IMG/VR virus record: IMGVR_UViG_3300035126_001036
Coordinates: 62,001-126,000 of that record
Origin: an uncultured virus (IMG/VR IMGVR_UViG_3300035126_001036)
Taxonomy: Duplodnaviria > Heunggongvirae > Uroviricota > Caudoviricetes
Length of the DNA stretch: 64,000 bases
Strand: one strand, 5' to 3'
Below, piece after piece: positions 37,152 to 47,900 of the stretch. Position 1 is the stretch's first letter. Each line of letters begins with the position of its first letter. The position numbers were made by a program, and so were the translations under genes. Under the pieces are notes generated by a model. It was not told where the DNA came from, made no database searches, and saw nothing but the letters and a program-made list of their open reading frames with translations.

Positions 37152-40100
37152 GCAATATTTCCTTTTCTTCTGGTTATGGTGAATATGTTAGCGGTGAGTT
37201 CTCTGGTGGGACTGCGTTTGAACTTAAATCAAACGATAGATTTATTTTTTCTAGAGAATTTCTTGGAAATTCTTCATCATTTATAAATTTGACAGAAGAT
37301 TGGTTCATCTTTACTCAACACAATTTTATAACCGGGGAAGAGCTGATTTATAAATCAGACATTTCACCAATTAAAATCATTCCCACTGTAATTTCTGGTA
37401 TAACAACTGATATTCTACCATCTAAACTTTATGCAGTGAAAGTTGATGTTTCAACCATAAGAGTATCCGCAACAAAAGAAGATTCTCTTCTGGCCGAACC
37501 AATTTATCTTGATTTAGATGATTACGGATCTGGCAATCACTCAATATCATCTAAAGATCCAAATAAAAATACAATTATTACACTCAACAATATTATTCAA
37601 GATCCTATCGTATCAACAGCAATTACTTCCTTTATTTTGGAATCAATAAATGATTCTGATCTATCAGTTCCTGTAAATAATCCCAATATTTTTAAAGGCG
37701 GTGAGTTATTTAAAATTGACGATGAATATTTTAGAGTTCTTTCAGTTGGAGTAGGGACAACTAATAATCTATTTTTTGAAAGGGAGCTTCTAGGGACTGT
37801 TGGGGTTTCCCACACTTCAAATTCTGTTGTAACAAAAGTTAAAGGGAATTATAATATTGTAGATAGCTTTATTCATTTTACATATCCGCCCTATGGTAAT
37901 TTCTTTGATTTAGAAAATGGTCTAACTAATGGATCTACTTTCAGTGGAAGGGTTTTTTTGAGATCTGGAATAAAAAATACCGATAAGGGACCTTATGATA
38001 CCAATTACATCTTTGATGATATTTCACAACAGTTTGATGGACTGACTAAAAGTTTTAATCTTAAAGTAAATGAAAGTGATGTCACTGGAATTTCTACAGA
38101 CAATACAATTCTCACAATTAATGATGTATTCCAACCACCCTCTAGATTAACTGGCAACCCTATTCAGGGAGCCTATGTTTTAGAAGAAAATGTTGGAGTC
38201 ACTTCCATTACATTTACAGGCAACACAAATTTTGCAGAATATGACGTTAATTTGACTGAACTCCCTAGAGGAGGTATCATTTTTTCTGTTGCTTCTACTG
38301 AAGGATTCGGTTATCAGCCTCTGATTTCTGCAGGTGGTACTGCAATCGTTTCCGCTGCAGGGACAATTCGATCAATCTCAATTGGTTATAGTGGTTCTGG
38401 TTATCGAAGTGGTATTCAGACAGTCAACGTTGGGGTTGGTTATAGTAACGTAGTCGGAGTAGATCTAGAAATTATCGGGACTGCGACCATTTCAAGTGGT
38501 GGAATCACAACAGTTGTAATTAGTAATCCAGGTTCTGGTTACACTTCTACAAACCCTCCAAGTGTTTATTTTGATGCGCCTCTAACATATTCAAATATTC
38601 CTTTGATTTATTCATCGGGATCTTCTGGAGTTGGAACGGAAGCAAGAATTAACATAGTAGTGGGACAGGGCTCTAGTGTTATCGATTTTACCTTAGATAA
38701 TTTTGGTTATGGTTATCAGGGAGGAGATATATTAACTATTGCTGGAATTCCAACTACTAGCAGCGCAAACTTCAAAGAATTTAAAATCACCGTTGATAAA
38801 ATCTTTAATGATGATTCTACAGTTAGAACAATTGGAGAGTTGATTATTTTTGACCCAATAGATAATCAGTTTAATGGAAGAAGAAGAGCATTTTCTCTAA
38901 GATTAAATGGACAGCAAACTGCCATTCTTGCTAAAGTTGGATCTGATTTAAATGTAGAAAACTCTCTTCTGGTTTTTATCGATACAGTACTACAAGTTCC
39001 AAGAGAGTCTTATGAATTTGATGGTGGTAGTATTTTAACATTTAAAGAACCACCAAGAATTGGTTCAAAATCTACAATTCTTTTTTATGGTGGAACTGAT
39101 AATGTAGATACTGAACTCAGAGAAGTGATTGAGACCGTTAAAATTGGGGACACTCTTACTATATTTGATAATGTAGATCGATTTAGAGATCAAAATTCAA
39201 GAACTGTCCAAGACATTATTTCTGCGGATACCGCAAGAACTAATATTTATAATAGACAAGGAATTTCAGTAGATGATGAGGTTCGTCCTGTTGAATGGTG
39301 CCCTCAAAATGTTGATAAATTTATCTCTGGAATTCTAGTTACCAAAGACAGGATAATCTATGAATCACTAATCTATCCAACCGCATTTGCAATTTCTGGT
39401 ATTGGTAGCACTTCTAGTGAAATATTCGTTGATAATGTCAAAACATTTTTTGATAATGCAAATGAATCTCCTGTAACGAACAACATACGAATAATCTCTC
39501 AAGCAGTACAGGAACAATGTTTATTGTCGGCTGTTGTTTCTGTCGCTGGAACAATTTCATCAATTAATATTGATAAACCAGGATTTGGGTATTTCTCGAC
39601 CCCACAAGTTTCAATTTCACCTCCAGTTGGATTGGGGACAACTGCGATGGCAACTGCAACGGCTCAAATAAATTCTAGTGGAATTGTCACTTCAGTGAAT
39701 ATAATTAATTCAGGGTTTGGTTATACTTCAACTTCCCCTGTTTATGTTATTGTAGAATCACCAAGACAAATAATTGAAATTGTAGAAGAAGTCTCTTATC
39801 AAGGAGATTTTGGTATTATTTCTGGAATTGGAACTACTACAGGATCTATCATATTTGATCTTTATATTCCAAAAGAATCCTATCTAAGAAATTCGACCAT
39901 CAATCAAGTTGGAGCCGGAATTTCTGGTTCAAGTGGAATTTCTACTGGTTATTATTTCTATGTGAGCAATACTTCTGTTGGTTCCACTATTTCTTCATTG
40001 GATTCTGGAAATAACGTAATAGGTATTTCTACTCAGTTTATAGACAATGTTTATCAGGTAGTTTCTACCACAACAAAGCAAAAAGTTGTAATTGGTGTTG

Positions 40101-40318
40101 GACTAACAACAGTGAGTGAGGTCGTTGTTAAGGTCAATAATAACTCTTCTCTTGTTGGTGTGGCTGGAAGTGGATATTATGGTGATTATAGTTGGGGAAG
40201 AATATATAATGTATCTAAATCTGGATCTAGCGAATTTGATTACTATGCACCAGGAATTACCACTTCTACAGTAATTCAGAGGCTTAATCCTCTAAAATAC
40301 CTTGATTATTTGGTCTAA
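37148..40318 (+). CDS. large baseplate/structural protein (gp7-like C-terminal part)
   Basis: FDDISQQFDG, GSGY repeats, C-terminal YSWGRI; ATGA-coupled to the upstream ORF. Confidence 0.7.
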   Translation: MSNISFSSGYGEYVSGEFSGGTAFELKSNDRFIFSREFLGNSSSFINLTEDWFIFTQHNFITGEELIYKSDISPIKIIPTVISGITTDILPSKLYAVKVDVSTIRVSATKEDSLLAEPIYLDLDDYGSGNHSISSKDPNKNTIITLNNIIQDPIVSTAITSFILESINDSDLSVPVNNPNIFKGGELFKIDDEYFRVLSVGVGTTNNLFFERELLGTVGVSHTSNSVVTKVKGNYNIVDSFIHFTYPPYGNFFDLENGLTNGSTFSGRVFLRSGIKNTDKGPYDTNYIFDDISQQFDGLTKSFNLKVNESDVTGISTDNTILTINDVFQPPSRLTGNPIQGAYVLEENVGVTSITFTGNTNFAEYDVNLTELPRGGIIFSVASTEGFGYQPLISAGGTAIVSAAGTIRSISIGYSGSGYRSGIQTVNVGVGYSNVVGVDLEIIGTATISSGGITTVVISNPGSGYTSTNPPSVYFDAPLTYSNIPLIYSSGSSGVGTEARINIVVGQGSSVIDFTLDNFGYGYQGGDILTIAGIPTTSSANFKEFKITVDKIFNDDSTVRTIGELIIFDPIDNQFNGRRRAFSLRLNGQQTAILAKVGSDLNVENSLLVFIDTVLQVPRESYEFDGGSILTFKEPPRIGSKSTILFYGGTDNVDTELREVIETVKIGDTLTIFDNVDRFRDQNSRTVQDIISADTARTNIYNRQGISVDDEVRPVEWCPQNVDKFISGILVTKDRIIYESLIYPTAFAISGIGSTSSEIFVDNVKTFFDNANESPVTNNIRIISQAVQEQCLLSAVVSVAGTISSINIDKPGFGYFSTPQVSISPPVGLGTTAMATATAQINSSGIVTSVNIINSGFGYTSTSPVYVIVESPRQIIEIVEEVSYQGDFGIISGIGTTTGSIIFDLYIPKESYLRNSTINQVGAGISGSSGISTGYYFYVSNTSVGSTISSLDSGNNVIGISTQFIDNVYQVVSTTTKQKVVIGVGLTTVSEVVVKVNNNSSLVGVAGSGYYGDYSWGRIYNVSKSGSSEFDYYAPGITTSTVIQRLNPLKYLDYLV

Positions 40319-40341
40319 ATAGCTAATAAAAATCATAACCA

Positions 40342-41922
40342 ATGTCTGCAATTATAACTGATAATCTAAGAATTCTGAGAGCCAAACAGTTTGTTGAAAC
40401 TGCCGCAACTACAAACTACTACAGTTTTATTGGGCTTCCTAATCCTTCTGATTATTCTGCTGACTGGAATATTTCCCCATTGGCGCCTAAGGATAGTTTT
40501 GAGCAAGAATCCGACTATTGGGATACAATGATTGCTCTAAAGAAGATTTTTTCAACTGATGTTCGCCAGGCAGTCAGAAAAATTAGATGGGAAAGTGGAA
40601 TTACTTATGATATGTATCGTCATGATGTAAGTCGAACAAAAACCACTATTCCTTCTAGAGCGACTAGTTTATATTCCTCTAATTATTATGTTGTAAATAG
40701 TAACTATCAGGTTTATATTTGTTTAAACAATGGGATTTCACCAGAAAATCCAGGTGGGAGGCAATCTCAGTTTGAACCAAAATTTACAGATCTAGAACCT
40801 AGAGCAGTCGGAACCGGAGTAGATGGTTATATTTGGAAGTATCTTTACACTTTAAGTGCAACTGATATTATTCGTTTTGATAGTATAAACTTCATTCCAA
40901 CCCCACAAAATTGGGGGGAGGATGAGCAGTCGTTTTTAATTAAGAATAATGCGGAGAATAGTGGTCAAATCAAAATTTGTACTGTTACAAATAGAGGTGA
41001 TTACAGTAATGTTTCAGGAATCCGGAACCGAGTTTTCCGAAATGTTCCAATAAAAGGTGATGGCTCTGGGGGTCTAGTCACAATCACGTTTAACAATAAT
41101 GCTCAGGTAGAAAATGTCTTCGTAGCGAATGGTGGACAAAATTATACTTATGGAAGAATTGACATTCAGGCTGGGGGACTCCCAAATCCAACGACTCTAC
41201 CACAATTTGATGTGATTATTCCACCAAAAGGGGGACATGGTTTTGATATTTATAATGAACTAGGAGCATTTTATGTTTCAGTTTATTCTAGAATTGAAAA
41301 TGATTTTGATAACCCGGATTTTATCACTGGAAATGAAATCGCCAGGATTGGTATAGTAAAAAATCCTCTTAGATTTGATTCCTCGGAGGTTCTCACAGAT
41401 GATAAAGTAAGTGCTCTCAATGCAATTAAACTTGTTGGAATTACAAATCAGAGTGATTATCAATCAGCAACCTTCATCCCAGATTCCTTTATCACCCAGA
41501 CGGTTGGTCTAGGTGTCACGGCTGTTGGAAGAGTGGTATCTTATGATAGAAACACTGGAGTTCTTAAGTATTGGCAAGACAAAACACTAGCCGGATTTAC
41601 TACAGCAGGAATTCAAACATCAGCGACATATGGATTTAATCTAGAAAAATTTACTGCAACTCCGGCAACCGGTGGCAGTGTCACAATTTCTGGTGGAAGT
41701 ATTGATTTAAATATTGATACCTCTTTCGGTTCTATTGCAAATCCTGGCATAACAACCACCATAAATAATAGGACATATAGATTAGGTCAATCATTCATTA
41801 ATGGCCTGGCAAATCCAGAGGTCAAAAAACATTCTGGATCTGTCATTTATGTTGATAATAGACCGGCTATTACAAGATCTCAGAATCAAAAAGAAGACAT
41901 TAAGGTAATTCTACAGTTTTAA
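40342..41922 (+). CDS. gp8: baseplate wedge subunit gp8
   Basis: MSAIITDN.RI..A; DGYIWKYLYT; PPKGGHG; QKEDIKVILQF. Confidence 0.93.
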   Translation: MSAIITDNLRILRAKQFVETAATTNYYSFIGLPNPSDYSADWNISPLAPKDSFEQESDYWDTMIALKKIFSTDVRQAVRKIRWESGITYDMYRHDVSRTKTTIPSRATSLYSSNYYVVNSNYQVYICLNNGISPENPGGRQSQFEPKFTDLEPRAVGTGVDGYIWKYLYTLSATDIIRFDSINFIPTPQNWGEDEQSFLIKNNAENSGQIKICTVTNRGDYSNVSGIRNRVFRNVPIKGDGSGGLVTITFNNNAQVENVFVANGGQNYTYGRIDIQAGGLPNPTTLPQFDVIIPPKGGHGFDIYNELGAFYVSVYSRIENDFDNPDFITGNEIARIGIVKNPLRFDSSEVLTDDKVSALNAIKLVGITNQSDYQSATFIPDSFITQTVGLGVTAVGRVVSYDRNTGVLKYWQDKTLAGFTTAGIQTSATYGFNLEKFTATPATGGSVTISGGSIDLNIDTSFGSIANPGITTTINNRTYRLGQSFINGLANPEVKKHSGSVIYVDNRPAITRSQNQKEDIKVILQF

Positions 41923-41924
41923 TC

Positions 41925-44900
41925 ATGCCACAGGAAACCAATCTAAACGTATCTCCATATTTTGATGATTTTGATGCGGATAAGAATTACTACAAGGTTC
42001 TATTTAAACCAACTCAACCTGTTCAGGCAAGAGAATTAAATAGTCTCCAATCTATTCTACAAAATCAAGTAGAGCAGTTTGGGAATCATATTTTTAAAGA
42101 AGGATCCGTTGTAATCCCAGGTCAGCTTTCAATTGATAATCCATTTCATGCGGTGGAAATTGAGCCCCAATTCAATGGAATTCCAGTTTCTGCATATTTT
42201 AATGAAATTCTAGGAAAAACAATCCGAGGATCTCTAAGTGGAGTCAGTGCAAAGGTTGTTTATGTTTTAGATCAAAGACTATCAGAAAGAAATAATTATA
42301 CTCTTTACGTTCAATATCTAGAAAGCGGTGGGCCAAACTTTGAAAACAAGGTTTTCCTAGATGGTGAATCAATAATCACAGAAAATTCAATTACATATTC
42401 CGGAATCACCATTCAGGCTGGTCAAGAAATTGTCACAACAATTGCGGCAAATTCAACCTCAGATGGTTCGGCTGTAAATGTCGCCTCTGGTGTTTATTTT
42501 GTAAGGGGGGTTTTTGCAAGAGTAAATTCGCAGCGAATTCTTCTTGATCAATATGGAACTCAGCCATCTTACAGAGTTGGCTTCAATATTATTGAAAGAG
42601 TGGTAAATGCTCTAGAAGATGAAACTCTTTATGATAATTCTCAAGGTTTTTCTAATTATGCGGCTCCAGGTGCTGATAGATTTCAAATTGAACTAGAACT
42701 TAAAAAATATAATATAAATGATAATCCGGATAATTTTGTTGAAATTCTTCGGGTAATTAATGGTCAGCCTCAGTTTTTTGAAAGAAATTCTCAATATAGT
42801 CTTATCAGGGATGAGCTTGCAAGAAGAACTGCTGAAACTAATGGTGACTATTATGTAAGGCCATTTACGCTATTCGTAAGAGATTCCCTGAATGATAGGA
42901 CCTTAACAAATGGTATCTATTTTGAGGAACAAAGAACCGTAAATGGAAATACACCATCAGAAGATGTGATGGTGTATGAAATTGGCCCAGGAAAGGCCTA
43001 TGTTAATGGTTATGACGTTGAAACAATTTCCCCTAGACTCTTAGAAGTTCCTAAGACGAGGGAAACAAAAACACTAGAGAGGCAGGTTATTCCATATAAT
43101 GCTGGTCAATTGATCGCTCTCAACAATGTTTATGGGGCTCCTTATATCGGGATTAAGACCGATACTACTGTTAGTTTGATTGATCGTAGACTTGGGGCCA
43201 ACAAATCAGTTGCGGTTGGTACTACTATTGGTGTGGCAAGAGTTTATGATTATGTTCCTGAAAGTTCGTATTCTGACAATACAAGTATTCTTGATCTAAG
43301 ACTATTCGATATTCAGACATTTACCAAAATTACTCTGACTACTGAAATCACACAGGCAACTCCTGCACTAATTAAAGGAAAACGGAGTAATGCTTCTGGA
43401 TTCTTGTATCAAAATACATCAAATAGTAAAGAACTACTTCTTTATCAGGTCTCTGGTCAATTTTCAAATAACGAACCAATTACAATCAATGGAATTGATA
43501 ATGGAAGACTTATTAGTAGCGTAGAGGATTATTCAACTTCTGATATTAAATCCATATATTCTACTTTTAGTGGGAACACTTTTAATGCGGATCTTGTTTT
43601 AGAAAATAAAATTCTTATTGCCCCATCTGGTTCTCTGTTTAATATTACTGCCGCATCGACTGGAATTTCAACAGTATCTTCAGGTCTAAGCACTGATTTT
43701 CTACGAACTATAAAGGCAGGAGATGTTGTCTCATACGCTGTTCAAAATCTTGATGATGTCGTTTATAACAGAATAGTATCAATTTCACCAACCGGAAGAA
43801 GTTTTACCATTACCGGAATAACAACTGTTCCGGGTATTTGTGATGGAAGACTTCCTTCTTCTAATGTTACAGTAACCAATATTGTAAAACTAACTTCTTC
43901 AATTTATTCTGAAAATTCTTCACTACTGACTCAATTAAACCGTTCTAATATCTCTTCTATCAGTCTAGACAATAGCGAAATTTTCCAAAGAAGAGTTTTT
44001 TCTAATCAGACTATTACTTCATCAACCATTCTTCTAACAATAACTGATGAGGATGTCTTTTTTGATGGTTTTGATGAGGATAAGTATCTTATTTCATATT
44101 CCGATGGGACCATAGAGCCACTGAGGCGGGATAAATTTAGTCCTGTTGGCAATTCTGGAAAGCAAGTGCAGTTTACAGGCCTTACCAAGGCATCTGGAAC
44201 CGCAACAGTAATCGCAACCGTAAAAAATATTAAACCAAATTCTAAGGCAAAAACCTTAAATAAGGCAAATGTTCTTACTATTAGTAATTCTAAATTAACT
44301 TCTTCTGGTATTGGAACTACCACATTAAATGATGGTTTGACATATAGTCAGGTCTATGGAACCCGAGTACAAGATGATGAGATTTCACTTAATGTGCCAG
44401 ATGTAGTTAGAGTTCTTGCGGTCTACGAATCATCTTCTACTTCTGATCCACAACTTCCGAAACTACAATTTGGATCGTTTAGCGGACAAACCAATAGTAA
44501 CCAAGACTTGTTTATTGGGGAACAAATTATAGGAAAAACATCCGGAGCAGTTGGTTTAATTATCAACCGAATTGGAGTAGATGAGATTGAATATGTGTAT
44601 CTCAACACTTTTAAATTTGCAGAAGACGAGATTATTACGTCAAAAGAATCCAAAATTCAAGCAACAGTTCTTTCAAGAACTTTAGGTGATAATAATGTCA
44701 CTCAAAACTTTATTTTTGATGATGGGCAGAGAGAAACAATTCTAGATTATTCTAGAATTGTCAGAAAAAGGAATGTAATTGAACCATCAAAGAAATTAAA
44801 AATCGTCTTCCAAAATTACACTATTGATGCAAATGATACTGGAGAATTTGTATCAGTAAATAGTTACCAAAATGAAGATTTCAAGCATAATATTCCTTAT

Positions 44901-47900
44901 ATTAATAATGTAAGATTAAGTGATTACATTGACCTGCGGCCAAGAGTTGCTCCATACTCTGCAAGTTCAAGATCTCCATTTGAGTTTATTTCAAGAAACT
45001 TTGCGGCTGATGGTCAATATTCAAACTATGTTCTTGCCCCAGAAAATAATCTAATTCTTTCATACTCCTATTATCTCCCAAGGATAGACGTAGTTTTTCT
45101 GAATCCTAATGGAACCTTTGAGGTTGTGCAGGGGACTCCTTCCGATACTCCACAACTTCCGGAATTCAAGGCAAATGCTTTTGATATTGCGGTCCTTAAT
45201 ATTCCTCCCTATGTCTATGATGTAAAGAATATTCTGGTCAATATGTCAGAACACAAGAGATATCGAATGGATGATATCTCTCTTCTTGAAGAAAGAATTA
45301 GCAGGGTTGAAGAATTTACTGTACTTTCTGCCCTAGAAAGTAAAACAGAGAACTTTGTTATTAAAGATGCTGAGACTGGACTAGACCGATTTAAATCTGG
45401 CTTCTTTGTTGATGATTTTAAGAATCATGCGTACCATGATCTTGAAAATCCAAATTTTAAATCTTCAATTGATAAAGAAAAGAAAATTTTAAGACCACTA
45501 CACTATACAACATCCCTAGATTTGCAACTTGGATCTGAGGCCATTTCAGGTATAGGGCAAACATTTGATCCAAATGCTGACCAGAGTTTTGTAAGTGATC
45601 TTGGGTCTATTGGAATTAAAAAAACCGGAGATTTGATTACCCTTGATTATGATGAGGTTGTTTTCCACGAACAACAATTTGCCACAAAAACTGAAAGTGT
45701 TACCGCATTCCTTGTTCGATATTGGTCTGGTTTGTTAAATCTAAACCCTCCATTGGATACATGGGTTGATGAAAAGGCTATTACAACAAATAGTTTTAAC
45801 AGAGTAAGATCAGTTAACCGCTTACCAAATGCTAATATAACGGTTGTTAATAATGTAACAGAAAATGATGTGGTCTTCCGAAAGGCCCCAAATTCTCAGG
45901 CCGGTATTCAACCATTTGATTGGATTGGAAATGCCCAGAAAAGATTAGCCCAAGGTGGAAAATTTGATGTTGCTGGAGCGGCATCTCAAGGTAGTAGAAG
46001 AGCACTTGTTATTGGTAAGAATTTTAGAGGAGAAACAAGAACTCTTGAAATTGTAAATGGCAATACTATTAGAATCGATGGTCTCCACTGGAGAACCGGG
46101 GATCTGGCTCTATTGACCAAATATGTTCCCGCAGATGTTGCAAATCAATTTATAAACAGAATGCAGGCTGGGGGATTTGCAGGAAGAGGTGGAGCACTGG
46201 AATTCACCCCACCAACAATCGCAGAAACCAGAAAGACTTCAACTACAACAAAGAGCACTTCCAATACTATTACCACCGTTACCCCAGAAAGAATAGTTGA
46301 GCGCGAGACTCAGACATCTTCACTGTCTCACTATACTGAGCCAGTAAGATACCTAAGAAACCGAAACATAGAATTTGTTTCTAAAGGTCTAAAACCAAGA
46401 ACACGATTTTATCCATTCTTCCAGGGAGTAGATATCAGCAACTATGTAACTCCTAAGTTACTTGAAGTTGAAATGGTTTCTGGTAAGTTTGTTGTTGGTG
46501 AGACTGTTGTTTCTGATCCGACTTTTACCAGCCAAAATGTTTCATTTAGACTTTGTACTCCCAATCACAAAGAAGGTAGATTTAACAACCCAACTGAAAC
46601 ATTCAGGTTTAATCCTTATAATCAACAATCATTTGAACGATCATATAGTGAAACTTCTGCTGTTCTTAATGTAGATACTAGATCTATGGAACTTGCATCA
46701 GAGACTCGATTTTTTGGGCAGGTTGCTCCAAGAATGAGAATTATTGGAAGAACCTCCGGTGCAGTTGCTACCATTCGACGAATTAGACTTCTTTCTGATA
46801 ATAGCGGAACCCTAATTGGTTCGTTTAATGTTCCTGATCCAAATGTAAGAGGAAATCCCCGTTGGATTAATGGTGAAAATAATTTTATATTAATTGATAC
46901 TCCTTCACTTGATCAAATAAAATTAGTCGAATTTATTCCTAATTCAAGAATCAATGAAAGTAGTGCCGAGGCTGAATTTACTTCTAGTGCTATAACTAAT
47001 ATTGCAGAGACAAATATTCTCACTACAAGAAACATTAAAATTATTCCACCAAGAAATATTAATACAACAACTATTACTAATGTAACAACCAATACAACGA
47101 CAGTTTCTCAAAATGTTGTCCCTAGCTCTGTTCAAATTCAACAACCTTATGATCCTCTGGCCCAATCATTCTATGTGTTTGAAGATACGGGTGTATTCCT
47201 AACTTCTGTTGATGTTTATTTTGAAACTAGTGATTCGGATAATGTTCCAGTAACTCTTCAAATTAGACCACTTCTTGCTGGGGTTCCTAGTAATATTGTA
47301 GTACCTTTCTCTGAGGTTACTCTTACTCCGGATCAGATTAATCTTTCTATTAATGGCTCAGTTCCAACCAAATTTACATTCCCATCTCCTGTTTATTTAC
47401 AAGGTCCTCAACAACAAACAGTAAGACAGGCGCCAATTGCAAGCGAATCTTCAGCAGAATATGCAATTGTTTTGATTTCAAACAGCCCAAATTATAGGGT
47501 ATTTGTTACTGAGCTTGGTCAAAATGATATTCAAAGTAGAATTAGAATAACCAAACAACCTACACTGGGAAGTATGTTTAAGTCCCAGAATGGAACTGTG
47601 TGGACACCATCTCAATTGGAGGATTTAAAATACAAAATTTATAGGGCACAGTTTAAAAATGAAGGTATTTTAAAATTCTTTAATCCAAAACTTGATATTG
47701 GAAATGGTAAGAAAACCGTCACCGGCCCTAATCAATTTGAATTCCTATCAAAGAGAATTATTGTTGGTCTAGGTTCAACTGGTTATTCTTCTGTGGTTCA
47801 AGAAGGTGTCACTATTACTCAGGGTAGTGCTTCGGCTACTCTAATTGGAATTTCTGGTAGAATCACAACCGGCGCAGGAGCCGGAACAACCATAAGCAAT

